Positions 10,040 through 21,082 of a stretch of DNA of 64,000 nucleotides are shown in pieces. Position numbers and translations under genes: made by a program. The first letter of the stretch is position 1, and every line of letters begins with the position of its first letter. The notes under the pieces were generated by a model. That model did not search any database. It saw only the letters and a list, made by a program, of their open reading frames with translations, and had not been told where the DNA came from. Origin of the DNA: Spirochaetia bacterium (lineage in GTDB: Bacteria; Spirochaetota; Spirochaetia; CAKZLE01). The DNA is taken from assembly GCA_963677595.1 (NCBI GenBank), contig OY782041.1:2848001-2912000 (forward strand), written 5' to 3'.

Positions 10040-11817
10040 TAGGGCAGGAACTGAATACCGTGATCGGCACGATCAAGCGGGTGAACGGTCCGGTGATCGA
10101 AGTGAAGGGGATCACCGGGGCCATGATGATGGAACTCGTCAGGATCGGGGAAGGCCGGCTTGTCGGTGAGCTGATCAAACTGGAGGGCAGCCAGGCTGTC
10201 GTCCAGGTCTATGAGGATACCACCGGCATCGCCCCGGGAGACAACGTCTACGGGAGTGGTATGCCCCTTTCGGTGGAACTCGGCCCGGGACTGATCGGGA
10301 CCATCTATGACGGCATTCAGCGGCCGCTCGAGGAGCTGCTTGCCGCAAGCGGTGAGTTCATCGAGAAGGGGATCACCCGGCCGGGACTCAACCGTGAGAA
10401 GAAGTGGGCCTTCACCCCGACAGTCGATGCGGGAACAGAGGTCTCCGGAGGAGCGTTCCTCGGGACCGTCCAGGAGACCGAGCGGGTCGAGCATCGGATC
10501 ATGGTTCCCCCTGAGACCAGCGGGAAGGTCAGCTTCATCGCCGGGAAGGGAGAGTACACCGTCAACGACGTGATCGCCCGGATCGATGGGAGCAGGGGGG
10601 AGGTCCCCCTGACCATGATGCAGCGCTGGTCGATCAGGAAGCCGAGGCCGGTGAAGGAGCGCAAGCCCCTGCGCATCCCCCTGGTCACCGGACAGCGGGT
10701 GATCGATACGCTCTTTCCCCTCGCAAAGGGGGGGACGGTCGCCATACCAGGAGGGTTCGGCACCGGGAAGACCATGACCCAGCATGCCATCGCGAAGTGG
10801 TGCGATGCTGATATCATCGTCTATATCGGCTGCGGCGAGCGGGGCAACGAGATGACTGACGTCCTGCAGGAGTTTCCCCACCTCATCGACCCCCGTACCG
10901 GGGCATCGCTGATGGAGCGGACCATCCTCATCGCCAACACCTCCAATATGCCGGTCTCGGCAAGGGAGGCCTCCATCTACACCGGGGTCACCCTCGCGGA
11001 GTACTACCGCGACCAGGGTTATCATGTGGCGGTCATGGCCGATTCGACCAGCCGCTGGGCTGAGGCCCTGCGGGAGCTCTCCGGACGGATGGAGGAGATG
11101 CCGGCCGAGGAGGGGTTCCCGGCCTATCTCCCGACGAGAGTGGCCGAGTTCTACGAACGTGCCGGCTATATGCAGACCCTTGCCGGTGATGAGGGATCGG
11201 TGACGATCATCGGGGCGGTATCGCCCCCGGGCGGTGACTTCTCCGAACCGGTGACCCAGCATACCAAGCGGTTCGTCCGCTGTTTCTGGGGGCTTGACAG
11301 GCAGCTTGCCAATGCCAGGCACTACCCCGCGATCAGCTGGCTCGAATCCTACAGCGAGTACCTCGGCGACATCACTCCGTGGTGGACCGGTGAGGTCGGG
11401 GATGACTGGCCAGAGCTCCGCTCCGAGATGATGGAGCTGCTCCAGAAGGAGGTGCGGCTGCAGCAGGTGGTGAAGCTCGTCGGGCCGGATGCCCTGCCTG
11501 ACAGCCAGCGATTCATCATCGAGGTATGTACCCTCTTCAAGAACGCCTTCCTCCAGCAGAATGCCTTCGACGACATCGACCGGTATTCGACCAGCCAGAA
11601 ACAGGCGAGGATGCTCCAGATCATCATGACCTACTGGACCCGCGGGGCTGAAGCCATCAAGCGGGGGGCCACCGTGCTGAAGCTGAGACACCTCAAGGTG
11701 GTGCAGGATATCACGAAGATGAAGTTCAACATCTCGAACGATGACCTGAAGGGCCTCGATAAGCTGCAGGCACGTCTGGAGCGGTCCATGGACCAGCTGG
11801 GAGAGATCTATGAGTGA
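10036..11817 (+). CDS. atpA: V/A-type ATP synthase subunit A
   Basis: PGGFGTGKT Walker [22 protein letters not shown]. Confidence 0.97.
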   Translation: MIGQELNTVIGTIKRVNGPVIEVKGITGAMMMELVRIGEGRLVGELIKLEGSQAVVQVYEDTTGIAPGDNVYGSGMPLSVELGPGLIGTIYDGIQRPLEELLAASGEFIEKGITRPGLNREKKWAFTPTVDAGTEVSGGAFLGTVQETERVEHRIMVPPETSGKVSFIAGKGEYTVNDVIARIDGSRGEVPLTMMQRWSIRKPRPVKERKPLRIPLVTGQRVIDTLFPLAKGGTVAIPGGFGTGKTMTQHAIAKWCDADIIVYIGCGERGNEMTDVLQEFPHLIDPRTGASLMERTILIANTSNMPVSAREASIYTGVTLAEYYRDQGYHVAVMADSTSRWAEALRELSGRMEEMPAEEGFPAYLPTRVAEFYERAGYMQTLAGDEGSVTIIGAVSPPGGDFSEPVTQHTKRFVRCFWGLDRQLANARHYPAISWLESYSEYLGDITPWWTGEVGDDWPELRSEMMELLQKEVRLQQVVKLVGPDALPDSQRFIIEVCTLFKNAFLQQNAFDDIDRYSTSQKQARMLQIIMTYWTRGAEAIKRGATVLKLRHLKVVQDITKMKFNISNDDLKGLDKLQARLERSMDQLGEIYE

Positions 11818-13234
11818 ACAGAGACCCATGGGGAGTTTGGAGAAGAAGCTGCTGTCCGGCAGGGAGTATGTCGGGCTGAACAAGATCGAGGGCCCGCTCA
11901 TCTTCGTGCGGAACACCCACCCGGTGGGCTATCGCGAACTGGTGGAGTGCGAGGACCGGGACGGTCGTCTCCGGATGGGGATGGTGCTCGACACCTCGGA
12001 CGACACGGTCGTGGTGCAGATCTTCGACGGGACCTCGGGGCTCACCATGCCGGAGACGAAGACCCGGTTCATGGGCGAGCCGCTGACCCTCGGGGTATCG
12101 GAAGCGATGCTCGGGCGGGTCTTCAACGGGCTGGGCAAGCCGATCGACGGTGGGGGCGATGTCCCTTCAGAGGAGCGGATGGACGTGAACGGCCGTCCCA
12201 TCAACCCCACCGCACGGGAATACCCGCGGGATTTCATCCAGACCGGCATCTCGATCATCGACGGCATGACTACCCTGATCAGGGGCCAGAAGCTCCCGAT
12301 CTTCTCCGGGAACGGGCTGCCGCATAACGAGCTGGCTGCTCAGATCGCCCGGCAGGCGAAGATCAAGGGAGCCGGGGAGGATGGGGGCGACTTCTGCGTC
12401 GTCTTCGCGGCAATGGGCGTCAAGCATGACGTGGCCCGCTTCTTCATCGACAGCTTCGAGGAGACCGGGGTGCTGAATAACGTGGCGCTCTTCCTCTCCC
12501 TTGCTGATGATCCCTCCATCGAGAGGATCATCACGCCCCGTACCGCCTTGACGCTGGCGGAACACCTTGCCTTCAACAAGGGCAAGCACGTGCTGGTGAT
12601 CCTGACCGACCTGACCAACTACTGCGAGTCCCTTCGCGAGATCAGTACCCTCAGGGGGGAGATCCCCAGCAGGAAGGGGTACCCGGGCTACCTCTACTCA
12701 GACTTAGCCGAGCTCTATGAGCGCTCGGGCATGCTCAAGGGGTTCAAGGGCTCGATCACGCAGCTCCCGATCCTTACCATGCCAAATGATGACATCAGCC
12801 ACCCGATCCCCGACCTGACCGGGTATATCACGGAGGGGCAGATCGTCTTCGAACGGGAGATGTACGGGCGCGGGATCTATCCCCCTGTCGCGGGACTCCC
12901 CAGCCTGAGCCGCCTCATGAAGGACGGCATCGGGGAGGGCATGACCCGGGAGGATCATCCGCACCTGTCCAACCAGCTCTTTGCCTGCTACAGCTATGTG
13001 AAGGATGTGCGGAACCTGGCATCTGTCATCGGCGAGGAGGAGCTCACCCCCCTCGACCACCAGTACCTGGAGTTCGGGGAGTTCTTCGAACGGAACTTCG
13101 TCACCCAGGGATCGCATGACGACAGGACCATCGAGGAGACCCTGGACCTTGGCTGGAAAGCCCTCAGCCTGCTGCCGCAGGAGGAGCTCCACCGGGTGAC
13201 CGAGGACGAACTCGATGAGTACTACGGAAGGTAG
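11810..13234 (+). CDS. atpB: V/A-type ATP synthase subunit B
   Basis: [35 protein letters not shown]. Confidence 0.97.
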   Translation: MSEQRPMGSLEKKLLSGREYVGLNKIEGPLIFVRNTHPVGYRELVECEDRDGRLRMGMVLDTSDDTVVVQIFDGTSGLTMPETKTRFMGEPLTLGVSEAMLGRVFNGLGKPIDGGGDVPSEERMDVNGRPINPTAREYPRDFIQTGISIIDGMTTLIRGQKLPIFSGNGLPHNELAAQIARQAKIKGAGEDGGDFCVVFAAMGVKHDVARFFIDSFEETGVLNNVALFLSLADDPSIERIITPRTALTLAEHLAFNKGKHVLVILTDLTNYCESLREISTLRGEIPSRKGYPGYLYSDLAELYERSGMLKGFKGSITQLPILTMPNDDISHPIPDLTGYITEGQIVFEREMYGRGIYPPVAGLPSLSRLMKDGIGEGMTREDHPHLSNQLFACYSYVKDVRNLASVIGEEELTPLDHQYLEFGEFFERNFVTQGSHDDRTIEETLDLGWKALSLLPQEELHRVTEDELDEYYGR

Positions 13235-13240
13235 GGACCG

Positions 13241-13888
13241 ATGCGGAAGAACGTAGCGCCGACCAGGTCGAACCTCCTGAAGCTCAAGGATGAGCTGAAG
13301 TTCGCGAAGCTCGGGTATGAGCTCCTCGACCAGAAGCGGAACATCCTGATCATCGAGCTGCTGACCCTCGTCGACCAGGCAGTGGACTACCAGAGCCGGG
13401 TGGAGGAGACCCTCGCAGGAGCCTACGGCAGCCTCCAGGGTGCCGTCATGGCGATGGGGAAGCTCAAGGTGGGGAACCTCTCAGGGGCGGTTAACATCGA
13501 CACGTCCATCGTCCTGAAGGAACGGCGCGTCATGGGCGTCAGGCTGCCGAAGGTAGAGACTGCCTTCGAGGAGCGTGGTCCCTACTTCAGCCCCCTCGAT
13601 ACCAGCTTCCAGGTGGAGGATGCACTCGAGAACTTCAAGGAGGCGCTGAAGATGATGGGACGCCTTGCGGAACTGAAGGTCTCCATCATGCGACTGGCCC
13701 AGGAGGCGAAGAAGACCATCAGGAAGGTGAACGCCCTGGAGAAGATCGCCATCCCGGACCTGGAAGAGACCCTTACCTACACGACCGGGCGTCTTGAGGA
13801 GGCTGAACGGGAGAGTTTCCTGCTGATGAAACAGGTGAAGAATCGTCTTGATAAGAAGAAGGAGAGAGTTCATGAACAGTCCTTTTAA
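13241..13888 (+). CDS. atpD: V/A-type ATP synthase subunit D
   Basis: APTRSNLLKLK...GYELLDQKR and KKTIRKVNALEKIAIP. Confidence 0.95.
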   Translation: MRKNVAPTRSNLLKLKDELKFAKLGYELLDQKRNILIIELLTLVDQAVDYQSRVEETLAGAYGSLQGAVMAMGKLKVGNLSGAVNIDTSIVLKERRVMGVRLPKVETAFEERGPYFSPLDTSFQVEDALENFKEALKMMGRLAELKVSIMRLAQEAKKTIRKVNALEKIAIPDLEETLTYTTGRLEEAERESFLLMKQVKNRLDKKKERVHEQSF

Positions 13889-14357
13889 GAAGATCATCGT
13901 CTATGTGGACGGCTCGGAGGCTTCCATCACTGCCGCCATGTATGCGATAGTACTTGCGAAAACCACGGGGGCATCCCTGACGGCTCTCTATGTCGTCAAC
14001 ACGAGGGCCCTGCAGGACCTGGTCGCTGCCAGGATCTTCCTGGAGATCGAGCAGGATGAGTACAAGCAGGATATGGAGGCAGATGCCTTCCGGTACCTGA
14101 ACCATGTGAGGAAGCTCGCCGAGAAGAAGGGACTTGCGATCGAGACGGTCACGGCGAGCGGGAGCATCAACCGGGAGATAAAGACGCAGGTCAGGGACCT
14201 GGATGCGGACCTCCTGGTGATAGGCGGGATCTCCCAGATCCGGAGCCGGCGGGACGAGATCATCAACGAGACGGAACGGGCTATGCGCTCAGTCCCCTGC
14301 TCAGTGCTGATCGTTCGGGATGATGATAGAACATGGGATCTCTATGAGGCCCTGTAA
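13872..14357 (+). CDS. Universal stress protein (UspA family)
   Basis: FKKIIVYVDGSEAS, DADLLVIG and VPCSVLIV motifs. Confidence 0.9.
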   Translation: MNSPFKKIIVYVDGSEASITAAMYAIVLAKTTGASLTALYVVNTRALQDLVAARIFLEIEQDEYKQDMEADAFRYLNHVRKLAEKKGLAIETVTASGSINREIKTQVRDLDADLLVIGGISQIRSRRDEIINETERAMRSVPCSVLIVRDDDRTWDLYEAL

Positions 14358-14372
14358 GCAGAGGATGATACT

Positions 14373-14822
14373 ATGGCATTGATAGACCTGATCCGTAAAG
14401 AACATATTGCAGTACCGATGAGAGCCTCGACCAAAGCGGCTGTATTGGAAGAGCTGGTGGACACGCTCATAACGGCGGGGTCCCTGTCCGACCGGGACGG
14501 GGTGCTCTCAGCCCTGAGGCAGCGGGAAGCCCTGTGCAGTACCGGCTTGGAGAACGGCATCGCCATCCCCCACGCCAAGACCGATGCGGTGGACTCCCTC
14601 GTCCTGGCATTGGGCATCAGCCCCGGAGGGATCGATTACGAGGCGCTGGACGGGAAGCCGTCCACCATCTTCTTCTGCATCCTCGCTCCGCCGAACCAGG
14701 CGGGCGCCCACATCGAGGCGCTCTCTGAGATCGCACGGGCGACGAAGTCCGCAGCCTTCCTGAGGCTCCTCCTCGCTGCCGAGAATGCTGATGAGGTGAT
14801 CGAGCTGTTCCACGAGGACTAG
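14373..14822 (+). CDS. PTS IIA domain protein (Fru/Ntr type)
   Basis: REALCSTGLENGIAIPHAK with the phospho-His, plus DGKP. Confidence 0.9.
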   Translation: MALIDLIRKEHIAVPMRASTKAAVLEELVDTLITAGSLSDRDGVLSALRQREALCSTGLENGIAIPHAKTDAVDSLVLALGISPGGIDYEALDGKPSTIFFCILAPPNQAGAHIEALSEIARATKSAAFLRLLLAAENADEVIELFHED

Positions 14823-14835
14823 GTAGTCCTCCTCG

Positions 14836-15453
14836 CTACACTACCGTTACCTCGAGCACGGTCTCGCCCTCGAGCTTGGCGACGAGCACATCACCCCTGC
14901 CCACCGGGCCGACCCCCTCGGGAGTTCCCGTCATGAGGATGTCCCCCTCATTGAGCGAGACGTAGCGGGAGACATGGGAGATCAGCCTGGCGACGGGGAA
15001 GATCATGTCTGCCGTGTTGCCGGCCTGTCGGGTCTCCCCGTTGATCTCGAGGGTGAAGCTGATCCCCTGTACAGGCTTACCCAGCTCCCCAAGCTTCTTC
15101 CATACCCCTGTGGGGGCAGACTCCTCGAAGGCCTTGCAGATCTCCCAGGGAAAGCCGAGCTGCTGCTGGCGCCGCTGCAGGTCCCGGGCGGTGAAGTCTA
15201 TGCCGAGGGTCACCTCAGAGTAGTAGTCCCCTGCTTCCTCGACGGGGATGTTCCTCCCGTCGAGGTCGATGCGTACTGCCAGCTCCACCTCGAAGTGGAG
15301 GTCTTCGGAGAAGTCGGGGAGGGGGAATACCCCCGGGACTTTCGGGATGGCGTTCTCCGTCTTGAAGAAGTACATCGGTTCCTCAGGGACCTTCCCGTTC
15401 CCCAATTCCTTCACATGGTTGTAGTAGTTCTTGCCGATACAGATATATTTCAT
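14836..15453 (-). CDS. Fumarylacetoacetate hydrolase family protein
   Basis: CIGKNY, HFEVELAV, DFTARDLQ and GDILMTGTPEGVG. Confidence 0.93.
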   Translation of the reverse strand: MKYICIGKNYYNHVKELGNGKVPEEPMYFFKTENAIPKVPGVFPLPDFSEDLHFEVELAVRIDLDGRNIPVEEAGDYYSEVTLGIDFTARDLQRRQQQLGFPWEICKAFEESAPTGVWKKLGELGKPVQGISFTLEINGETRQAGNTADMIFPVARLISHVSRYVSLNEGDILMTGTPEGVGPVGRGDVLVAKLEGETVLEVTVV

Positions 15454-15541
15454 ACCCTCTCTCGCTCCTTGTCTGTTGTTCCCATAATCATATCGCAGGA
15501 ATGGATGAACTGCTACGGGGAAATGTGCTGTTCAGGGGTAT

Positions 15542-16939
15542 TCAGTCTCCTGCGGAGGATCTGAGTATCGCGGATAGCTCCCGGTGGTAGGGGACATAGA
15601 GTGTGACCGCGACGGTGAACGAGAGGAGTATCCCTGCTGACATGGAGCCCATGAGCCCAGGCACCCCGAAGATGGAGGAGAGTCCCCAGATGCACAGGAG
15701 TGTGAGCAGCTGCCGTGCAGCGGTGAGCGTGATCGCGGGTCGCGGCCGCCCGAGGGCCTGGAAAAGGACGAGGGTGACGAAGAAGAACCCCGATACCGGC
15801 CAGGACGCCGCGAGGAACCGGATGCCGGTCACGGCGGGCCCGATGACTGCCTGGTCTGATGAGAACCAGCGGGCTAACTGTTCGGGGAAGATGAGCGATA
15901 TCCCCGACAATACGATCCCGAACAGTCCCGTCACGAGGAAGGCGAAGGTTATTGCCTGCCGTACCCGGGGATACTGCCGTGCCCCGTAGTTGTAGCCGAT
16001 GACTGGCTGCAGTCCCTGCCCGAACCCCATCATGATCGTGTAGCCGAGCATCGAGAGCCGGTTGATCACCCCCGCTGCCGCGACCAGGGAGTCCCCAGCC
16101 GCAGCCCCGCCGAGTCTCACTGCTGCCTGGTTGGTGAAGGCCATGGTGACGGTGACGAGCACCTGCTGGATGAATGCGGCGCCCCCCACAATGAGGATCT
16201 CACGGTACATGAGGGCATCCGGGGTGAACTGCCTGGGATGGAAGGGGACCAGGGTCTTTCTGCGGAAGTAGAAGCTGAAGAGGATCAACGTCCCCACTGC
16301 CTGCGAGATGACCGTGGCGAGTGCGGCTCCCATGACCCCGAGATCGAAGGTGAACATCAGGATCGGGTCGAGGATGATGTTGAGGACCGAGCTCAGCCCC
16401 ATGCCGAGGAGGCTGTGCACGGCACTCCCCTCTGCCCGCAGGAGGTTGTTCGCGCACATGGAGAGGATGGGGAAGACTGCCCCGATCGAGAGCACCCGTA
16501 TATAGAGGGTCGAGGGTTCGAGCAGCTGGTCGTTGGCCCCGAAGAGCACGGCGATCGTGCTTGAGAGGGGGGTGGTGACCAGGGTGGTGACCACCCCGAG
16601 GATGGCCCCGCTGACGAAGACAGTTGAGACGGCCTTCTCGGCCCGGTCCCGATTCCGCTCACCGAGCAGGCGTGACTGGTAGGAGGCACCGCCCATCCCG
16701 AACATGAGGCCGATGGCCGTGAGGATGATGAAGTAGGGGTACCCCACCGTTGCGGCCCCAAGTGCTTCGGTCCCGAGCATCCCCATGAAGATGGCATCGG
16801 CGAGGTTGTAGAGCGACATCACGACCATGGCCATGATGGCCGGTGCTGACATCCTCATGACGAGCTTCGGGATGGCTTCCTCCCGCAGGGCGACCTCTCT
16901 CCTGTCTGATGCTTCATGCGCCATGCTGTGTCCCTCCAT
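15542..16939 (-). CDS. MATE efflux transporter (MepA-like)
   Basis: About 12 TM segments; YNLADAIF, NIILDPIL and GYNYGA motifs. Confidence 0.92.
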   Translation of the reverse strand: MEGHSMAHEASDRREVALREEAIPKLVMRMSAPAIMAMVVMSLYNLADAIFMGMLGTEALGAATVGYPYFIILTAIGLMFGMGGASYQSRLLGERNRDRAEKAVSTVFVSGAILGVVTTLVTTPLSSTIAVLFGANDQLLEPSTLYIRVLSIGAVFPILSMCANNLLRAEGSAVHSLLGMGLSSVLNIILDPILMFTFDLGVMGAALATVISQAVGTLILFSFYFRRKTLVPFHPRQFTPDALMYREILIVGGAAFIQQVLVTVTMAFTNQAAVRLGGAAAGDSLVAAAGVINRLSMLGYTIMMGFGQGLQPVIGYNYGARQYPRVRQAITFAFLVTGLFGIVLSGISLIFPEQLARWFSSDQAVIGPAVTGIRFLAASWPVSGFFFVTLVLFQALGRPRPAITLTAARQLLTLLCIWGLSSIFGVPGLMGSMSAGILLSFTVAVTLYVPYHRELSAILRSSAGD

Positions 16940-17522
16940 GTTCTGTGGTGTGTACTACGATCCCTTGCGTGAAGAGTTCCACGATCTCGGCGGTATCGAC
17001 TACTCCTGGGAGCTCCCTGAAGATCAGGGAGCGCTGGAATGAGCCGTGGACCAGGCTCAGGAAGTAGAAGGCTGCCCGATCGGGACTCATGCAGAGTGTG
17101 ACTGTCGTGGAGGATTCGAATCTCCTGAAGAGGTCTGCCAGGTACCGGTAGGCTCCAGGTCCCATCCCTTCCGCATAATAAGCACGTTCTTCCGGGTTGA
17201 CCACGCTGCGGTAGAAGATCTTCATGAGGTAGGGGTTGTCCCGGTAGAGGTCCCCGTAGAGGTCCGCGATCTCCTTCAGCAGAACTGAGATCCCCTGTCC
17301 CAGGTCACTGCCCTCGATCACCCTGATGATGTTCCCCAGGCCGTCGCTGAGGGAGAGGATCTCCCTGAAGAGGGTATCCTTGCTCTCGAAGGTCCTGAAG
17401 AGGGTCGACTCATTCACCCCTGCGGCTTCGGCGATCTTCCTCGTCGTGGTACCGCGGTATCCCTCTTCCGAGAAGAGCCGTACCGCGGCCTGCATGATCT
17501 TCTCCCGTGTCTCCTGCGACAT
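16914..17522 (-). CDS. TetR/AcrR-family regulator
   Basis: TREKIMQAAVRLFSEEGYRGTTTRKIAEAAGVNESTLFRTF HTH; RBS GGAGG before ATG 17522. Confidence 0.92.
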   Translation of the reverse strand: MSQETREKIMQAAVRLFSEEGYRGTTTRKIAEAAGVNESTLFRTFESKDTLFREILSLSDGLGNIIRVIEGSDLGQGISVLLKEIADLYGDLYRDNPYLMKIFYRSVVNPEERAYYAEGMGPGAYRYLADLFRRFESSTTVTLCMSPDRAAFYFLSLVHGSFQRSLIFRELPGVVDTAEIVELFTQGIVVHTTEHGGTQHGA

Positions 17523-17544
17523 GAAGCTGCCTCCTACCATATGC

Positions 17545-17564
17545 ATGCAAGTACTTGCTTGCAT
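17545..17564. promoter_or_regulatory. Putative TetR operator
   Basis: Inverted repeat ATGCAAG-N6-CTTGCAT directly downstream of a minus-strand promoter (TTGACT 17596-17591, TATACT 17574-17569). Confidence 0.65.
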
Positions 17565-17611
17565 ACCCAGTATACTGAAATACAGGGAGGAGTCAATACG
17601 GGAGAAAGCCG

Positions 17612-18820
17612 TCAGCTGTGGTCTGCGGTAAGGTGATCGGCGAGCAGACTCTCACGGAAGAAGATGAGCATCACGACCCCGCCTGCGAGTCCGGTCGCGG
17701 CGATGAGCGGGGGTGCCGCTGAGAGGGCGATAGAATCCGAGATGAGCCCGACGACGAAGGGCCCGACAGCTGTCCCGGTCTCGGTGATGATGCGCCAGAT
17801 CCCGATGAACAACCCGGTGGAGGTGGATGGGGCAAGGTCGGTGCTGAAGATCATGTTGATGCCACTCCCGATCCCGTTGCCGAGGCTGATCAGGAGCGAG
17901 ACAGCCAACAGCCCGGTGAAGGACCCGGCAAGGGGGATCAGCGACAGGCCGACGGCACTGATGAAGATGGTGATGAAGAGGGTGGGCTTGCGGCCGAGCT
18001 TGTCGACAGAGAAACCCGCGGGTATGACCAGGGTGATCTCGAGCAGTGCGGAGATGCTGATGATCAGCCCGAGCTGTGCGATGCCCACCCCGATATGGGC
18101 AGCCCACAGGGGGACGATGAGCAGGCGTGCCGCCCGCAGGAGGGTGAGGGCGAAGATCCCTGTCATCGCCGAGGAGATGTTCCGCCTGTTCCCCGCGATA
18201 TGGTCCCTGACGGCTGTGAAGGACTCCTTAGAGCCCCGGGGCTGGTGGAAGGATGCGGGGAGCCTGAAGCCGGTGATGAGCAGGAGCAGGGCGGCGAAGA
18301 GCAGGAGCGCCTCCCCGAGGAATATGGAGCTGTAACCGGCTGCTGCGATGAGTGCGCTCCCGATGAGCGGGCCGATGACCCGGGCAGTGCGCAAGATGCC
18401 GCCGAAGCCGGAGAGGACACGGCCGCGTACCTGGAGCGGGACATCCTTCCTGATGTAGGTAAGGCGGCTGAGGATCCATAACGACTGCCCCGCACCGAGG
18501 GCGAGCCCTGCCGCGAGCAGGGTCCCGACCGTGGGGAAGAGCGACCTCAGCAGTGCCGCAGCCCCCATGAGGAGGAAACAGCCGGTGAAGATCCTCAATG
18601 CCGGGTACCGTTCGGTGAGGAACCCGCCGGGCAGGTTGACTGCCATGCTCCCGAGACTCGCTGCCGTGGCGATGAGGCCGACCATGGTCAGCCCCGCCCC
18701 GAGCTCCTGGGCATAGAGCGGGACATAGGAGACCGTCATGGCCGTACCTGTCTGTACGAAGAGGCTGGCGAGGTAGAGGATTATGAGGTTCTTCGAGGAG
18801 CCGCTGATTGTCTGTATCAT
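17612..18820 (-). CDS. MFS transporter
   Basis: About 12 TM segments, GFSVDKLGRK motif A. Confidence 0.88.
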   Translation of the reverse strand: MIQTISGSSKNLIILYLASLFVQTGTAMTVSYVPLYAQELGAGLTMVGLIATAASLGSMAVNLPGGFLTERYPALRIFTGCFLLMGAAALLRSLFPTVGTLLAAGLALGAGQSLWILSRLTYIRKDVPLQVRGRVLSGFGGILRTARVIGPLIGSALIAAAGYSSIFLGEALLLFAALLLLITGFRLPASFHQPRGSKESFTAVRDHIAGNRRNISSAMTGIFALTLLRAARLLIVPLWAAHIGVGIAQLGLIISISALLEITLVIPAGFSVDKLGRKPTLFITIFISAVGLSLIPLAGSFTGLLAVSLLISLGNGIGSGINMIFSTDLAPSTSTGLFIGIWRIITETGTAVGPFVVGLISDSIALSAAPPLIAATGLAGGVVMLIFFRESLLADHLTADHS

Positions 18821-18981
18821 GATCAGGGAGGATGATAGAGCGGCACAGGGGAAAAGTCAATATAGGAGGGTACAGGGCCCGGAGTACCGGGCGCCCGGAG
18901 TACTGGGCTTTCGATAAATCGGTTCATATTCATGCACATCCTCATCTATCCTGTGGTATACTTGACAGAAGGTAAAAAAGT

Positions 18982-21018
18982 ATGACATCACCACCGAAGT
19001 ACCTGCAGAATATCCTGATCGCCGTGATCCTGCTGCTCCTGGTAGCGGGGCTCTGGTATGCGGAATACACCAGCTACCTCTTCTTCCATAACCTGGTTGA
19101 ATTATTCAGCATCATCATCTCCTTCAGCATCTTCATCCTTGTGCTGAATGCGAGGAAGTGGCTGCAGACCGGTTTCTTCCTCATCCTCGGCTTCTCGATG
19201 CTCCCCGTCTCCGTCCTGGACCTGATCCATATGCTCTCCTACCGCGGGATGCCCTTCTTCCAGGACTTCCCCATCGACCTCACGCTGCAAGTCTGGATAG
19301 CCGCACGCTTCCTCCAGAGCATCTCCCTGCTCGCAGCGATCCTCTTCATGGAGAGATCCGTCAAGCCGGGTCTCCTCCTGTCCTCCTATGCTGCGGTCAC
19401 CCTGGTGTTCCTGCTTGTCATCTTCTCAGGCCTCTTCCCTCCCTGTTTCAACGAGTCTTCCGGCCTTACCGGGTTCAAGGTCATCAGCGAGTACGTGGTG
19501 ATCGCCATCGCGGCGGCTTCCCTGGTGCTGATCTTCAGCCACCGGGAGTACCTCTCCCGGTACGGCTTCTGGCTGATCTTCGCCGCGATCGGGGGCAACA
19601 TCCTCTCCGAGTTCGCCTTCACCCGCTATGCCGACCTCTATGACTTCATGAACAAGGTCGGGCATATCCTCAAGGTCGTCAGTTTCTACTGTTTCTACCT
19701 TGCCATCATCGCACGGGGGCTCATGCACCCCTATGAGGTCCTCTTCGGTGACCTCAAGCGGAAGGAGGCCCAGCTCGAGGAGATGAAGCGGGCCCTCGAA
19801 GTGGACGTGCAGAACAAGTCCAAGGACCTCGATACCACGCTCAGCCGGCTCGTCGATGAGGAGAGCAGGCACCAGAGCACGCAGGATGCGTTCCAGACCC
19901 AGACCGGCCGGCTCTCCCAGCTCCTCTCGATCGGGGCGGTCATGTCCAGTAGCGATGATATAGCGGTGATCAGCCGGTCCATCCTCGCATTCCTCCAGCA
20001 GGGCATGAAGGTGGAAGCCGGTGCCCTCTACCTGATCAACCCCGATACCCCCCGTCCGGTCTTCGTCGCACAGACGGAATCGGGGTATATCCACAATGAC
20101 CGGGAGAACATGGAGATCGACATCACCACAGGCTCCTGGAAGGAAGCCCTCACGAGCGGGGAGCTCATCATCCTTGATGAACTCCAGGATAACCGTGAAC
20201 AGGTGGTCCCTGAGGTCGTCAGGGATGAGGGCTTCGTCAAGTTCATCGGTGTGCCCCTCATCGTCAAGGAGGGGGTGGTAGGACTGCTCAAGACCTTCTA
20301 CCGGACAGACCTGCAGCCTGATGAACGGTGGCTCATGGTCCTGCGTTCTGTCGCGATGCAGGCTGCGATCGCGATCCATACCTCGGAGACCGTGCAGGCC
20401 CTGGAAGATTCCAACAAGGCCCTTGTGGGCACCTATGAGGAGACCCTCAATGCACTGGTCAACGCCCTCGATATTCGGGACAGCATGACCAACGAGCATA
20501 CGAAGCGGGTCGTCGAGAAGACGCTCTGCTTCGCGAAGAGGATGGGGATCACCGCCGATGATCTGGTGAACATCAGGAGGGGGGCCCTCCTCCATGATAT
20601 CGGGAAGATTGCGGTCCCCGACCATATCCTGCGGAAGCCCGGCCCGCTGACCGATGAGGAGTGGGTCATCATGAAGACCCATCCGGCCGTCGCCTACCAG
20701 ATGATCAACCCCGTCTCCTTCCTCCGCCCCGCGATCGACATCCCCTATAGCCACCATGAGAAGTGGGACGGCACCGGCTACCCGCAGGGTTTGCAGGGGG
20801 AGGAGATCCCGATCGCTGCCCGGATGTTCGCCATCATCGATATCTGGGATGCCCTCACCTCGGACCGTCCCTATCGGGAGGCATGGTCCCATGAGCGGAC
20901 GATCGATCACATCAGGGGGCTCTCCGGCACGCACCTCGATCCAGCGCTCACGGACGTCTTCCTCAAGGAGATCGTCGCAGGCTGCATGACCCCCGATCCC
21001 TCCTGTTTCCAGCCCTGA
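18982..21018 (+). CDS. MASE3-like membrane sensor / GAF / HD-GYP c-di-GMP phosphodiesterase
   Basis: YLFFHNLVELFSI membrane domain, GAF-like central region, LLHDIGK and HHEKWDGTGYP. Confidence 0.9.
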   Translation: MTSPPKYLQNILIAVILLLLVAGLWYAEYTSYLFFHNLVELFSIIISFSIFILVLNARKWLQTGFFLILGFSMLPVSVLDLIHMLSYRGMPFFQDFPIDLTLQVWIAARFLQSISLLAAILFMERSVKPGLLLSSYAAVTLVFLLVIFSGLFPPCFNESSGLTGFKVISEYVVIAIAAASLVLIFSHREYLSRYGFWLIFAAIGGNILSEFAFTRYADLYDFMNKVGHILKVVSFYCFYLAIIARGLMHPYEVLFGDLKRKEAQLEEMKRALEVDVQNKSKDLDTTLSRLVDEESRHQSTQDAFQTQTGRLSQLLSIGAVMSSSDDIAVISRSILAFLQQGMKVEAGALYLINPDTPRPVFVAQTESGYIHNDRENMEIDITTGSWKEALTSGELIILDELQDNREQVVPEVVRDEGFVKFIGVPLIVKEGVVGLLKTFYRTDLQPDERWLMVLRSVAMQAAIAIHTSETVQALEDSNKALVGTYEETLNALVNALDIRDSMTNEHTKRVVEKTLCFAKRMGITADDLVNIRRGALLHDIGKIAVPDHILRKPGPLTDEEWVIMKTHPAVAYQMINPVSFLRPAIDIPYSHHEKWDGTGYPQGLQGEEIPIAARMFAIIDIWDALTSDRPYREAWSHERTIDHIRGLSGTHLDPALTDVFLKEIVAGCMTPDPSCFQP

Positions 21019-21082
21019 AAGGCCTGATGAGAGCCTTCTGCTTCTTGGCGCAGGCAGGTTAGTGATGCTATACTTCACAGCT

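Noticed and set aside
9811-11916. 701-aa minus-strand ORF
   Set aside because: Antisense shadow of atpA caused by GC-biased codon usage; no recognisable motifs.
19426-21078. 550-aa minus-strand ORF (similarly 57572-59083 and 24113-25132)
   Set aside because: Antisense shadows of well-supported c-di-GMP enzyme genes.
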